Shown here: piece by piece, positions 28,063-38,300 of the stretch
How positions within the stretch are numbered: the stretch's first letter is position 1
How the letters are laid out: every line of letters begins with the position of its first letter
Origin: a virus
Reading direction: 5' to 3' (one strand)
Length of the DNA: 64,000 nt
IMG/VR virus record: IMGVR_UViG_3300021378_000021
Location: 3,005-67,004 of that record
The notes under the pieces: generated by a model
What the model was told of the DNA's origin: nothing
The model's database searches: none
Seen by the model: only the letters and a program-made list of their open reading frames with translations
Position numbers and translations under genes: made by a program

Positions 28063-29676
28063 TCAGCAATTCCAGGCTCTTAGGGACTTATTGATTCTGC
28101 TATCTGGATCAGAAGCAGTTTTTTTGGATGTTAGTTTCTTTTTCATACCTTTCATTCTTGCACAGAATGATGTTCTTCTCTTATTACCAACTTTTTTACT
28201 AGGTGCTTTTAGATCACTACCAGGATTTTCTGCTTCATAAGACTTTCGACCCTTTTCATTTAGGCCACCTTTCTTATTCTTACCTGATTTTTTAGTCCAG
28301 GCAGCACCTTCTCCAAGTTTACTTCTATTGTCTTTTTCTTTTTCTGCCAATTTTGGATTTGCTTCTTTCCAATCGTTGTTTATGGGACTTAATTTTTTTC
28401 TTTTAAACTTTGGAGGATTATCAGATTTGTTTGCTAATTTTGGGTGATTTTTTCTCCACTGGTCCATTGGACTTAGTTTTTTTTGTGTAGTTTTTGAAAC
28501 TATTTCTGTATTAGAACGGGAAGGAGATGTTGTTGTTTTTTTATCGGGTGCTTTTTGACCACCCTGAGACATCAGAGCAGCAGCAACACCTGCACCAGCA
28601 AGAGCACTTTTCCATCCTTCATCAAGTTCATTTCTCCAATCAGAGAACTCTTCTTTTTTAATTTTTGTTTTGAACTTTCCAAATGGTGTGGGCAGTTCCT
28701 CTCCATAATCTCCAGTCTTCTTCTCTACTTTATCATTAGGATCTACATCACCATCGACATCATAATCTATTCTTTTTACTGCCTTTACTACAAGTTTTTT
28801 TAGATTTCCACCACCAACTTTTGATTCTAAATCAGATTTAGTTGCAGTATGCTTTGCTTCATCTACAAATTCTTCCTTCTTTACACAATTATTTACAACT
28901 TTACCGAACATCTTTTTGGTTCCTTTCTTCTCATATCCCTTCCAACACTTTTGTCCTTCATCAATCTGTTCTTGTCCACCCTTAATAGGTTCTGGTTTAA
29001 TAATATCAGTGAACTCATATTCAGTTGCCTGAAAATCATTTCTCCAATCAGAATACTCTACAGACTCTGACTTATTTCCCCAGTTAGCAGCACCAACCTT
29101 ACGACACTTTACCAGTGCTCCGGATGCATATGCAGAAGGCCAAACACTGTATCTACTCTTGACTTTCTTATAACAGGCATCTTTCTCACCTGCCTTTTCT
29201 ATTACAGTTTCTTCTGTCTTCACGTTGATTGCCTTCCCTTTTCTATCTGGATTTGGATCTTGACGTTGCTTTCTATTAAATGCTGCTCTCTCTTCATCTT
29301 TATCTAGATTTCTTTTCATTTTTGAAGAACCACACTTTGGTTTTGTAGTTTGTCCTGGTTGTTTGGCACAGGGTTTTCCGGCATATTTGCCACCCAATTG
29401 AACCCAACCAGGCTTGCCATCACTAGACCTACTCTTGCCAAACCAGTCACGCAAAGAACTATCACCACTTTTCGATTCACTTACTCCTCCACCATTTCCA
29501 TTACCACCATTTCCATTACCGTTGGTGTTTTCTCCATTTTCACCATTTTCTCCAGAGTCTTCTCCGTTTTCTTTACGGAGATATCCACTAGATGCCACAC
29601 GATATCCCATCGGAATTCGTTTACATTTTTTGTCTGTATAACAATAATAGTATCCTTGCTTACACTTTTTCATCAA
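28063..29676 (-). CDS. Modular Lys/Cys-rich protein, putative internal head protein
   Basis: Several basic Cys-containing modules, a GN-rich tract and a repeated SDWRN linker; late-promoter variant CTAAATA at 29699-29705. Confidence 0.7.
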   Translation of the reverse strand: MMKKCKQGYYYCYTDKKCKRIPMGYRVASSGYLRKENGEDSGENGENGENTNGNGNGGNGNGGGVSESKSGDSSLRDWFGKSRSSDGKPGWVQLGGKYAGKPCAKQPGQTTKPKCGSSKMKRNLDKDEERAAFNRKQRQDPNPDRKGKAINVKTEETVIEKAGEKDACYKKVKSRYSVWPSAYASGALVKCRKVGAANWGNKSESVEYSDWRNDFQATEYEFTDIIKPEPIKGGQEQIDEGQKCWKGYEKKGTKKMFGKVVNNCVKKEEFVDEAKHTATKSDLESKVGGGNLKKLVVKAVKRIDYDVDGDVDPNDKVEKKTGDYGEELPTPFGKFKTKIKKEEFSDWRNELDEGWKSALAGAGVAAALMSQGGQKAPDKKTTTSPSRSNTEIVSKTTQKKLSPMDQWRKNHPKLANKSDNPPKFKRKKLSPINNDWKEANPKLAEKEKDNRSKLGEGAAWTKKSGKNKKGGLNEKGRKSYEAENPGSDLKAPSKKVGNKRRTSFCARMKGMKKKLTSKKTASDPDSRINKSLRAWNC

Positions 29677-29687
29677 TGAAAAGTAGT

Positions 29688-30116
29688 TTATTCTTTATTA
29701 TTTAGAAAACCTTGCTTGAGCATTTTTTGAAGTTCTGATGTCGATCCAACAAACACTGCATTATTAGTAACATTATTTGTAGTTTTCTTAGTTTCGTCTT
29801 CTACATCCTTAAGTTTCTTCTGTAAGTCAATCAACTTATCAGTAGTATCCGCAACACTCTTAATCAACTGTCCTGCGACCTCATATGCCCTTGGACTGCC
29901 TCCTTCCCCTGCTACCTCCATAATGCCGTTGATTGCCTCCTGACCCTTCTCTATGAGGGAGTAGAGGTTCGCACGACTATAGACATAATCCTTCTCTATA
30001 TCATCATCCTTCGATTTTATAATCTCTGGTTTTTTGATTGGTTTTGACTCTACAATATCACTCTCAATATTCAGAGCCTCATCGATTGAATCATAATTAT
30101 TATTCATAACAATCAA
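29688..30116 (-). CDS. gp16: Small terminase subunit
   Basis: DYVYSRANLY...SPRAYEVAGQLIK...FVGSTSEL. Confidence 0.93.
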   Translation of the reverse strand: MIVMNNNYDSIDEALNIESDIVESKPIKKPEIIKSKDDDIEKDYVYSRANLYSLIEKGQEAINGIMEVAGEGGSPRAYEVAGQLIKSVADTTDKLIDLQKKLKDVEDETKKTTNNVTNNAVFVGSTSELQKMLKQGFLNNKE

Positions 30117-30916
30117 ATATCCTCTTGTCTAGTAGGACTATAATCTTTAGAGTCTGGTAAGAAAGTCCATTCTTCGGTAAATCCAAAATCATCACCAGGT
30201 TCTGCAGTAATCGGATCAGGAACAGCAGTATATCTCATTTCACGTTTTGCGGTCTTTGTATTAGTATCGGCATAAACATCTGCCTGAACTTTACGAATGA
30301 GTCCATCAGATGTATCGGCAATAGAACCAAACAGATAAGTTTTAGCAGTAAATCTTAGAGTATAAATTAATGCTCTTCTCGTTTGGAATGATCCTTCATA
30401 ATCATCTTGAAAGTCTATACTATCAAGAACAATTGGAATATCTCTTTTCTCTCCAATAGAACTGACTAAATCAACTGTTAAATTAAATGATGGTTGGAAA
30501 AAAGGAAGTATTTGTTCAATAATTTGAAGAGCGTCATCATTCAACTTACTGAAAATATTAAGTTCAAATCCAATATTATATGGAACCGGCATGTATACTT
30601 TTTTTGTTTTATTATCAGTAGTATCGTTTGCCTTAAATGTTTGAGTCACTCCAGTTTTTCTGGTAGAATCATATTGAATTGTAGTCATCTCAAATGACAT
30701 TCTCGGAAGAGTGATTGCAATAGATTTTGATAATTCACTCTGTTCTTGTATTTTTGCAAGAAATTTTTGCATTGGTCCATAAGAAAGACCAACTTTTGTT
30801 TCATCTAAAATACTACCATCACTTTTTGTATGTCTGATGGAAATATCATTGAACAAAGTTCCAAAACTAATAATAGTTTTTCTTATGATTTCGTGATAAA
30901 AGTAAGTTCCTAACAT
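30113..30916 (-). CDS. gp15: Tail sheath stabilizer / completion protein
   Basis: YFYHEIIRK..FGTLFNDI, LPRMSFE, PVPYN, QIIEQILPFFQP. Confidence 0.95.
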   Translation of the reverse strand: MLGTYFYHEIIRKTIISFGTLFNDISIRHTKSDGSILDETKVGLSYGPMQKFLAKIQEQSELSKSIAITLPRMSFEMTTIQYDSTRKTGVTQTFKANDTTDNKTKKVYMPVPYNIGFELNIFSKLNDDALQIIEQILPFFQPSFNLTVDLVSSIGEKRDIPIVLDSIDFQDDYEGSFQTRRALIYTLRFTAKTYLFGSIADTSDGLIRKVQADVYADTNTKTAKREMRYTAVPDPITAEPGDDFGFTEEWTFLPDSKDYSPTRQEDI

Positions 30917-32325
30917 TAATAATTACCAAATGGATTTGATTCTGAGAAATCTAAAATATCGTCTGCTTCTAATTCTATTTCTTCATTAGTGTCATACGGA
31001 TTATCATAACTATCTGTATCATAATTTAATACAGTATATCTAGCAGATGAACTTGATCCCACAATAACTTCACCATCACTAAATTTACCAGTATTTATTG
31101 ATACTGAAAGACTGGTCAGTAAATTTGTATTTGTAAAGTCTTTAACTACTGCCGTTGTGCCTGAAGATTCTCCTGTTATAACTTCATTAAAGATATAAGT
31201 CCCAACACCAATAGTGGATAATCCTGCTATAGAAACAGTGGGTGCTTGAGTATATCCAATACCCGGATTGAGTATTCTTATATAATCAAGTTTATTATCA
31301 GTAGTAATTCCGGCAATTGCAGTCGCAGTCACTCCTACTCCAGGACTGCCAATGGTAATTATTGGTGCAACAGAATATTGATTGCCAGGATTGCTGATAG
31401 ATATGGAAGAAACACTAAACTGCGTTCCTCCGACAGAACAAGTTGCCGCAGCACCTGTTCCACCTCCACCAGTTATTGTTATTGTTGGTGGAGTAGTATA
31501 TCCAGATCCACCATTTGTCAATTCTAACCTCAAAACAGATTGTATATTTGCTATACTAGTTGTAACTGCAACTGCTGTTGCCGTATTTATTCCACTATTT
31601 GGTCCTGAAAAAGTTACTGTAGGAGCAGAAGAATATCCACTACCATCATTATTTAAAAATATTTCAGTGACAGATCCGGAAGAAATTCCTGCTGTTGCAG
31701 TAGCAGTTACTCCAGATCCAACCAAGGTCATATATGTAATATATCCTTCATCCTCTACAGTAGAATCAATTTCTTCAATTGTAGTATCAATAAGTTCATT
31801 TTCATATTCATAAAGTTCACAACTCAATTCATAAACATAACTAGATCCTAATTGATAAAATGGTTTTTCATGTTCTACTCTCTTAATTTCAAATAATCTT
31901 TCCCCAAGAGGAAAATAAATTAAATCTCCTTCCCTTGGTCTAGAAATTACGTCGGTAAAATCATAATCAGTAATTCTTCCTTCTTTAATGCCAGAACTAA
32001 TGTCTTCCAGAAATGGGGCGATAAATTCTTCATATCTTTCCCTTGAGATAGTTAAACTTATTTCATTTTTTAATCTTAATCCAAATTTAGTCATGATATC
32101 ACTATCAGGAGCATATCCGTCATAATTATTCAGATATGCTTCTATCAGAAAACTATCATCAAATTTCGAGGATTGTATTTCACGAATTATATTATCAGTT
32201 TTAAAAATTTTTCTTGGTAAGTAATAAACTTCTATACCATAAATTTTTAATTGCTCATTGATTATATCCTGAACAAGAAATTGTTCGTTTGTAGATCCTT
32301 GAAGAAAAAACGGATTTAATGCCAT
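30916..32325 (-). CDS. gp14: Neck protein with inserted Gly/Thr-rich repeats
   Basis: NPFF, EVYYLPR, RPREGDLIYFP, EHEKPFYQLG, C-terminal FSESNPFG. Confidence 0.92.
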   Translation of the reverse strand: MALNPFFLQGSTNEQFLVQDIINEQLKIYGIEVYYLPRKIFKTDNIIREIQSSKFDDSFLIEAYLNNYDGYAPDSDIMTKFGLRLKNEISLTISRERYEEFIAPFLEDISSGIKEGRITDYDFTDVISRPREGDLIYFPLGERLFEIKRVEHEKPFYQLGSSYVYELSCELYEYENELIDTTIEEIDSTVEDEGYITYMTLVGSGVTATATAGISSGSVTEIFLNNDGSGYSSAPTVTFSGPNSGINTATAVAVTTSIANIQSVLRLELTNGGSGYTTPPTITITGGGGTGAAATCSVGGTQFSVSSISISNPGNQYSVAPIITIGSPGVGVTATAIAGITTDNKLDYIRILNPGIGYTQAPTVSIAGLSTIGVGTYIFNEVITGESSGTTAVVKDFTNTNLLTSLSVSINTGKFSDGEVIVGSSSSARYTVLNYDTDSYDNPYDTNEEIELEADDILDFSESNPFGNY

Positions 32326-32330
32326 AATAA

Positions 32331-33173
32331 TTATCCAATAAAATCTAGAGGTGGCAGTTCATATTCGGAGGACATTCTCTGTTTAATATCTTCCAAATCT
32401 CTTTGTCCATCTTCTAATATTGCACGACCATTTAATTCAATTCCTCCAGGAAGTTTTACTCCTTGAAATTTAATTAAATTTTGCCCCCACTGCTTCTTTA
32501 TTAATGCGGTAAGATACTTTTTAACAAAACTATCATTATAAACTTGAGAAAAACTTTCAGGATCAAGTGCTCTATAACATTCGAGAACAAGATAAGTATC
32601 TTTAGTTTGTGCTTTCCAATCAATATCTAAATATAATCTATCCTGTCTCTTATTGAATCTTACCTGTTTTTCTGTCGTCAGTAAAAAATCAATATCTTCC
32701 AAATAAGATTTGGTCATTGCATATGTTAATAAATCAACTGAATTGAAATAATAAAGATCATTCAAAAACAATTGATACTTAATACTAAACATTCCTCCAG
32801 AGATTGTGCTAGTATCAAACTTAAATATTTTTTCAACTCCTATAACAGAGTTTGGAACTTGAATGTAGTTTGAAGTCTCATAAAAATTAAATGTTGTTGT
32901 TCCAAAACCAACAACATTTGCAGTTCCAGTTGTTGTCACAATACCTACACCATCTGTTCCCGTTGCCCTTCCCCTATCAATATCATCTTGAGTAATTTTA
33001 TACTTAAGATACATCTTCTCAACACCATCATAGTGTCTCTCATTAAAATATTGGAGAGTGTCGTCAACTAAGTCATCGACTTGCTCATCAGCAACATTTA
33101 TTTCTAAAACCGGTGCCCCAAGTTGTCTAAGGCAATAATCGACAAGTTCTTGTCTAGTAGTGGGTTTTGCCAT
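32331..33173 (-). CDS. gp13: Neck protein
   Basis: LRQLGAPVLEINV, ALIKKQWGQNLIKFQGVKLPGG. Confidence 0.95.
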   Translation of the reverse strand: MAKPTTRQELVDYCLRQLGAPVLEINVADEQVDDLVDDTLQYFNERHYDGVEKMYLKYKITQDDIDRGRATGTDGVGIVTTTGTANVVGFGTTTFNFYETSNYIQVPNSVIGVEKIFKFDTSTISGGMFSIKYQLFLNDLYYFNSVDLLTYAMTKSYLEDIDFLLTTEKQVRFNKRQDRLYLDIDWKAQTKDTYLVLECYRALDPESFSQVYNDSFVKKYLTALIKKQWGQNLIKFQGVKLPGGIELNGRAILEDGQRDLEDIKQRMSSEYELPPLDFIG

Positions 33174-34771
33174 TAATATTCTCCTCCATCAATAAGTCCG
33201 GCATTGAGTGTTCCTGTAACAAAAACATTAGTTGAAAAAGTTGCTACTCCAACAAAAGTTGATAGACCTGCAACTCTTAAATTTTGTGTAGTAGTTAATC
33301 CAGTAACTCCGAGAGTTCCTATCGTTGCAATACCAGTTATATTAGCATTTCTTAAGGTAACTTCGTCTAGAGTTATATCATCACTTACATATAGGTCACC
33401 TCCAACATATAAGTCACTTACAGTTGTAACAATACCAGTAAAAGTGGAAAGACCAGAAACATTTAGTGAATTGAGAGTTCCTACACTCGTAAGTGAAGAA
33501 TTGGTAACTCCAATTCCTAATGTAGTTGATGTTAAAACATCAGTCCCATTTATCTTAAATGATTTACCAGAAGTAAGATCCCAATTCTCACTAGATTTAA
33601 GAGAAGTTGATGAGTTATTCCAAAGAATTGTCTTTAGAATAGCAGCAGAACCAATTCCAATACCTCCACCATCAAGTAGAATATTTGTTCCAACAGTGGT
33701 AGCAATCCCTACTCTATGGTCTGCTAACTCAATTTTTTGAGAACTGATACTGGTTTCCGAACCCAATACAAATAAATCACCTTTAATAGTAACTTTTCCT
33801 GTATTATCACCAACTGCTGCTGGATCAAGAATAAAGTCTTCTGGTCCTGTAATAATTGCAGTATTTCCAGTTCCACTTGAAATCGATACGCCAGTTCCAG
33901 TTGTGATAAATTTAGTGGATCCTGCGTGTTTTAATGTAGTTGACTGTGTTACTTCCAGTGTGTTGATTGTAGCAATACCAGAAACATTTACATCATCTAA
34001 TTCCGTATTGCCATCGATATCAATGTTTCCGTTAAAGTCGGCAGCACCAGCAAAAGTTGATACTCCAGAGGCAAATAAGTTAGTTGTAGTTACTAGACCA
34101 GAAAATTTTCCGTCTCTCCACCTTTGCGTTGTAATTCCAATATCATAAGTATTATCAGTATTTGGAACTAAATTTGATACAAATTCTCCACCAACATCAA
34201 TATCATCACTAGTCGAATCACCAATTCCAATTGTACCACCTCTAAATGTGGCATTTCCGATAAAGTTGGAAGTTCCTGCAACTTCTAGATTGGTGCCGAC
34301 ATAAAGTTGTCCTCCAGTAGTAGTAATACCACCAGCAGAGGCAAGAGTTGTAACTCCTACAGACTCAAATGTTGAATTTACTGTTAATCTATTTAATATA
34401 TCAACAGCAGCATTTATATCTAAATCAGAAGCAAATGTTGAGATACCAGCAATTGATACATTTCCTCCAATATTTACTGCTTTACCAATTCCAATTCCAC
34501 CTTCAATAACCAGAGCACCATTCGTTGGTAATGAAGATTCAGTGGTATTTGCAAATGTTACAATACCAGTAATATTGAGAGATGACGAATCAATCGTATC
34601 CGTCATGAAGAAAGACTCTGTTGCCAGATCCCATACCAAAATCATTCCATCTCTAGATTTTAGAGTGGAATTTACATCAGATAAATCTAGTAATCGTGCT
34701 GGTGCACCAGAAGCATTGGATAAAACACGGATTACATTTTGAGAACCAACCCTGGCGATGATATTGGGCAT
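33173..34771 (-). CDS. Fibre-like virion structural protein (532 aa)
   Basis: Repetitive Gly/Thr/Ser beta-strand motifs (GISTF, GVSTF, GLSTF); C-terminal IDGGEY. Confidence 0.7.
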   Translation of the reverse strand: MPNIIARVGSQNVIRVLSNASGAPARLLDLSDVNSTLKSRDGMILVWDLATESFFMTDTIDSSSLNITGIVTFANTTESSLPTNGALVIEGGIGIGKAVNIGGNVSIAGISTFASDLDINAAVDILNRLTVNSTFESVGVTTLASAGGITTTGGQLYVGTNLEVAGTSNFIGNATFRGGTIGIGDSTSDDIDVGGEFVSNLVPNTDNTYDIGITTQRWRDGKFSGLVTTTNLFASGVSTFAGAADFNGNIDIDGNTELDDVNVSGIATINTLEVTQSTTLKHAGSTKFITTGTGVSISSGTGNTAIITGPEDFILDPAAVGDNTGKVTIKGDLFVLGSETSISSQKIELADHRVGIATTVGTNILLDGGGIGIGSAAILKTILWNNSSTSLKSSENWDLTSGKSFKINGTDVLTSTTLGIGVTNSSLTSVGTLNSLNVSGLSTFTGIVTTVSDLYVGGDLYVSDDITLDEVTLRNANITGIATIGTLGVTGLTTTQNLRVAGLSTFVGVATFSTNVFVTGTLNAGLIDGGEY

Positions 34772-35106
34772 TACCTAGTGACTCCCCCTCTTATTAGTGC
34801 TGCACCTTCCACAACTTTAAATTCTTTTCCAAGATTTGTTAATTTCACATCAAAAACATATCTACCAGGTTTAATATTCACAGTTTGTGATGCATTCAAT
34901 GAAATAGAAATAATTCCTAATTCAGTATTAGTTATTGTCGATGCAAAAGATACAGATGTTATAGAACCATAATGTTTTCTCAGTTTAGCTTCGGTAGAAG
35001 CACTACTCAATATCAATGGAGAATTGGTTCTGGAATCTTCTAGTTGAAATGAAGTATCAAAATCAAATCCTTGTTCGATAACAATATTTGATACATAAAC
35101 AGCCAT
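34771..35106 (-). CDS. Small virion structural protein
   Basis: NIVIEQG..F, PGRYVFDV, VVEG pattern; late promoter at 35135-35142. Confidence 0.75.
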   Translation of the reverse strand: MAVYVSNIVIEQGFDFDTSFQLEDSRTNSPLILSSASTEAKLRKHYGSITSVSFASTITNTELGIISISLNASQTVNIKPGRYVFDVKLTNLGKEFKVVEGAALIRGGVTR

Positions 35107-35134
35107 TATTTTATGATTCTAACATACCTTTAGA

Positions 35135-35142
35135 TATTTATA
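35135..35142 (-). promoter_or_regulatory. T4-type late promoter TATAAATA
   Basis: Exact motif 28 nt upstream of the ATG at 35106. Confidence 0.8.
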
Positions 35143-35159
35143 TGAATTATTGATAGCAA

Positions 35160-35363
35160 CTATTTACTCAAGAAATCTTTAAGTAAATTTTTTATTTCTT
35201 CAATATCTTTTTTCATATTATTTAACTCTTCTTTCTCAGAATTTTTTCGTTTCACTCTATTCATATATCTATCATAAGCAATATCGTCACAATTAACAAT
35301 TGCTCCAGTATCCTCATCTCTGTAAAGATGAGGATGATCTTTAACTCTTATTAAATTCTTCAT
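35160..35363 (-). CDS. Conserved hypothetical protein with C-terminal coiled coil
   Basis: LYRDEDTGAIVN motif; ATGA overlap with upstream gene. Confidence 0.8.
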   Translation of the reverse strand: MKNLIRVKDHPHLYRDEDTGAIVNCDDIAYDRYMNRVKRKNSEKEELNNMKKDIEEIKNLLKDFLSK

Positions 35364-38300
35364 GCTAATGCGATTGTTCGAAGGTCACTAATAATTGGTG
35401 CATTTGCCTGATCAGTTCCTGACATAATAATTTTAATTGAATATCCACTAAATTCTCCCAAATCATTAGCACTAAACTCATATTCTAAGAACTGGTTAGC
35501 AGAACTTGCAGGAACTTTAACATCAGATTTCCCGTTATTTAAAGATGGATCAACAACTCTAAATCCACCGTCAGAAGTTGCCTCAAGATTCTCATATCCA
35601 GGGAACAATTCAAATTCTTGTTCAATTTCTGATGAATCATCTCTAACAAGACTATAAAGAACTCTAATGTCTGAAGATGCAGGTCTATATGCTCCAAGTA
35701 TAACTTTTAAGGAAGATGCTGGTTTGGATAAATTGACAGTATCAGAAACATAGATTGCTGAGTGTGGATCATTTAAAATAGAATTTACTCTAGAATCTGA
35801 AGCAAAATCGGTAACAGGTCTATTTAAATAATTTGATGCAAATTCAATAGTAGAATTTTCAAGATTTATAATTGGAGATAAGTTTTCATCTGTACTGTTT
35901 AGTGTAATTGCTGCAGTAAATGATCTTCTACCAGAAACATTATTGAATACTGGTTGTTGTAATTCATTTACTCTAGAACATACTATTCTGGTCGATTTTA
36001 AATTATTGAATGAATTTAACTCTACAGGTTCTACTTCATTTAGAAGTTGGAAAGAAGTTTCAGTACCATCAATACTAGTTCCAGTTGTTGTTCTAATTAC
36101 GGCACTTACTGAGGTTGAATCTCCAGGTGCCTGAACAAAGAATCTTGGATTTAGTGAATTAAATTGGATATTCTCAGTTGCATAGACATCATTTCCACCA
36201 CCAACAAATTGTCTATTAAATGATAATTGTGGTAAAGTTGCAGTATCTGCAGATCTATTTACTCCATATGTAGCACTTCGATCTACTTCAACATAATATC
36301 CATTAGAGTCGATTCCAGTATCAGAAATATCATAAATTACATTATTAATTCTTCTTAAAGATACTCCATTAAACTCATATTTTTGAACCTTAGAATTAAC
36401 TTCATGTGATTCAGTTTTTCCTTCAATACCTCTAACAAGAGTTCCTAACTCATTTGAAGATGCAGTTTCGTATGATATAACTTCATCTCCAATTTTTACA
36501 TATCCTGGATTGGAATTGCTAACAGGAAGACCTTCAAAAGTTTCAAAGACAGAAGAATCTTCAACAAATATTGTATTTAATTCTGTTGATAATAAACCAG
36601 CAGTAAGAATTGTTGGTGAAATATCAGATTCAACACCACTCAATTGCAATTTATTATTATTGGCATACATTCCATGATTAAAATGACTTACCTCTAAGTA
36701 ATTGCCAGAATTTGTTCCTGTTCCTTCAGTTACACTTAAAATGGTGGTAGATGCCAGAGATACAATAGTTGTATCTGTATCATAATAACTTACTCCAATA
36801 CCAGTTCGGAATGCTTTTGGTGAAGAATCGCCTTCACCTTGAACATTAGTCAGATAAAGTGTATCTCTTCCATTGATTGCATCAATACTAATTAATGCAC
36901 CTCTACCTGTTGTGTTACTAGTGATAGTCACTACATCACCAACTTCATATCCATTTCCATTAGCAGTTTTTGTAAGACCGGTGATTGCACCATTTCCATC
37001 TACACTATCGATAGTAAATTCTAACCCACTACCATTTCCGACAATATTAGTTGTTGGTCTGTTAGATTGAGTTGTATAATTTACACCACCATTAGTAGTT
37101 GTAATACCACTGACCGGTCCACCCGCATACTCAATATATCCATAACTATTTGGGATAGAACCAGCAATTTTTCTACCGGTAGTCAAAATACCAATTGTTG
37201 CTGCATCTGTGGATGTTGTAATTCCAAGATTGATAGTTTTTGGTAGACCAGTAACTGGATTTGCAAGTAAATTATTTACATATCCATTACTTTGATCTAA
37301 AGGTGGATTTCCAAAATGAGCAATACCAGTATTTGCGGTGAATTTTGCTTTGTAAAGTTTAAATTTAAGATCTAATTCTTGTGTAGGAGTCCAAATAGAT
37401 CCATTTTGAGACTTAAACAAACTACCAAGTGCGAATTGCTTACTATAAATGACTGCTTCCGCATCAGGTAAAGATTGTGTATTAACAGTTCTCTCTCCCA
37501 TTTTTGCAATCCAAACTTCATATTCATCTGAAGTAGGTGCAAGTAAAACTACAGCATATTCATTTCCTGGGGCAAGATATTTTGGTTCATCAAATGTAAC
37601 TCTTGTTGCAATTTCTCCAGTTGCTGATGTTGTAATTTGATCTGGATATAATGTTTTAGATTCTCCAACCAGATTTAGAGTTGGAATACCAAGTTCTACT
37701 GTTCTTATTTGAACTTCAAGAGGTTCACTACCTGCTGGTTTGTTGGCAAAAAAGATATCCAATTCGGTAAGAACTACACCCTTATCATCACTACTAAATC
37801 CATTTAAATCTGGAGCATCAATATCTCTACCAACAACAAATGATTGCGCAAGAGGATCAGATCTTCTTGCTCTTACAACTTCACGTCTAGTTGTTGTTAT
37901 AGTTGTAGTGCGTCTTACCGTAGTGTCAATAGTTGTCGTTACTGTGGTTTGTATTTGTCTTGTTAAGAGAGTTCCAACAGCACTATAAGATCCTTGACCG
38001 GTAGAAATTAACTTACTTCCAGGTAATGGTTTGGTATTTGTAGAACTACTAGTCAATAAGTATGTCTTTTTACCAGTAAGAAGTCTTGGATTTGGTGCCG
38101 GATTTGTATGAGGATTCTTGATAAAGAATGAACCAAAAAGATCTCCATAATTATCAGTTATCAATCTTAAATCTTTTACATATGCAATTGCACCACTCGT
38201 TTGTCCAACGATCTTTGCACCTTTGGTAACATACCCAAAAAATCTTCCTTGTGCTTCATCGGATAATGAATTTATATCAATATTTAATGTTTTGGATGAT

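Noticed and set aside
29485-29560. CCATTTCCATTACCA-type repeats
   Set aside because: Encode a Gly/Asn/Glu linker in the 537-aa protein
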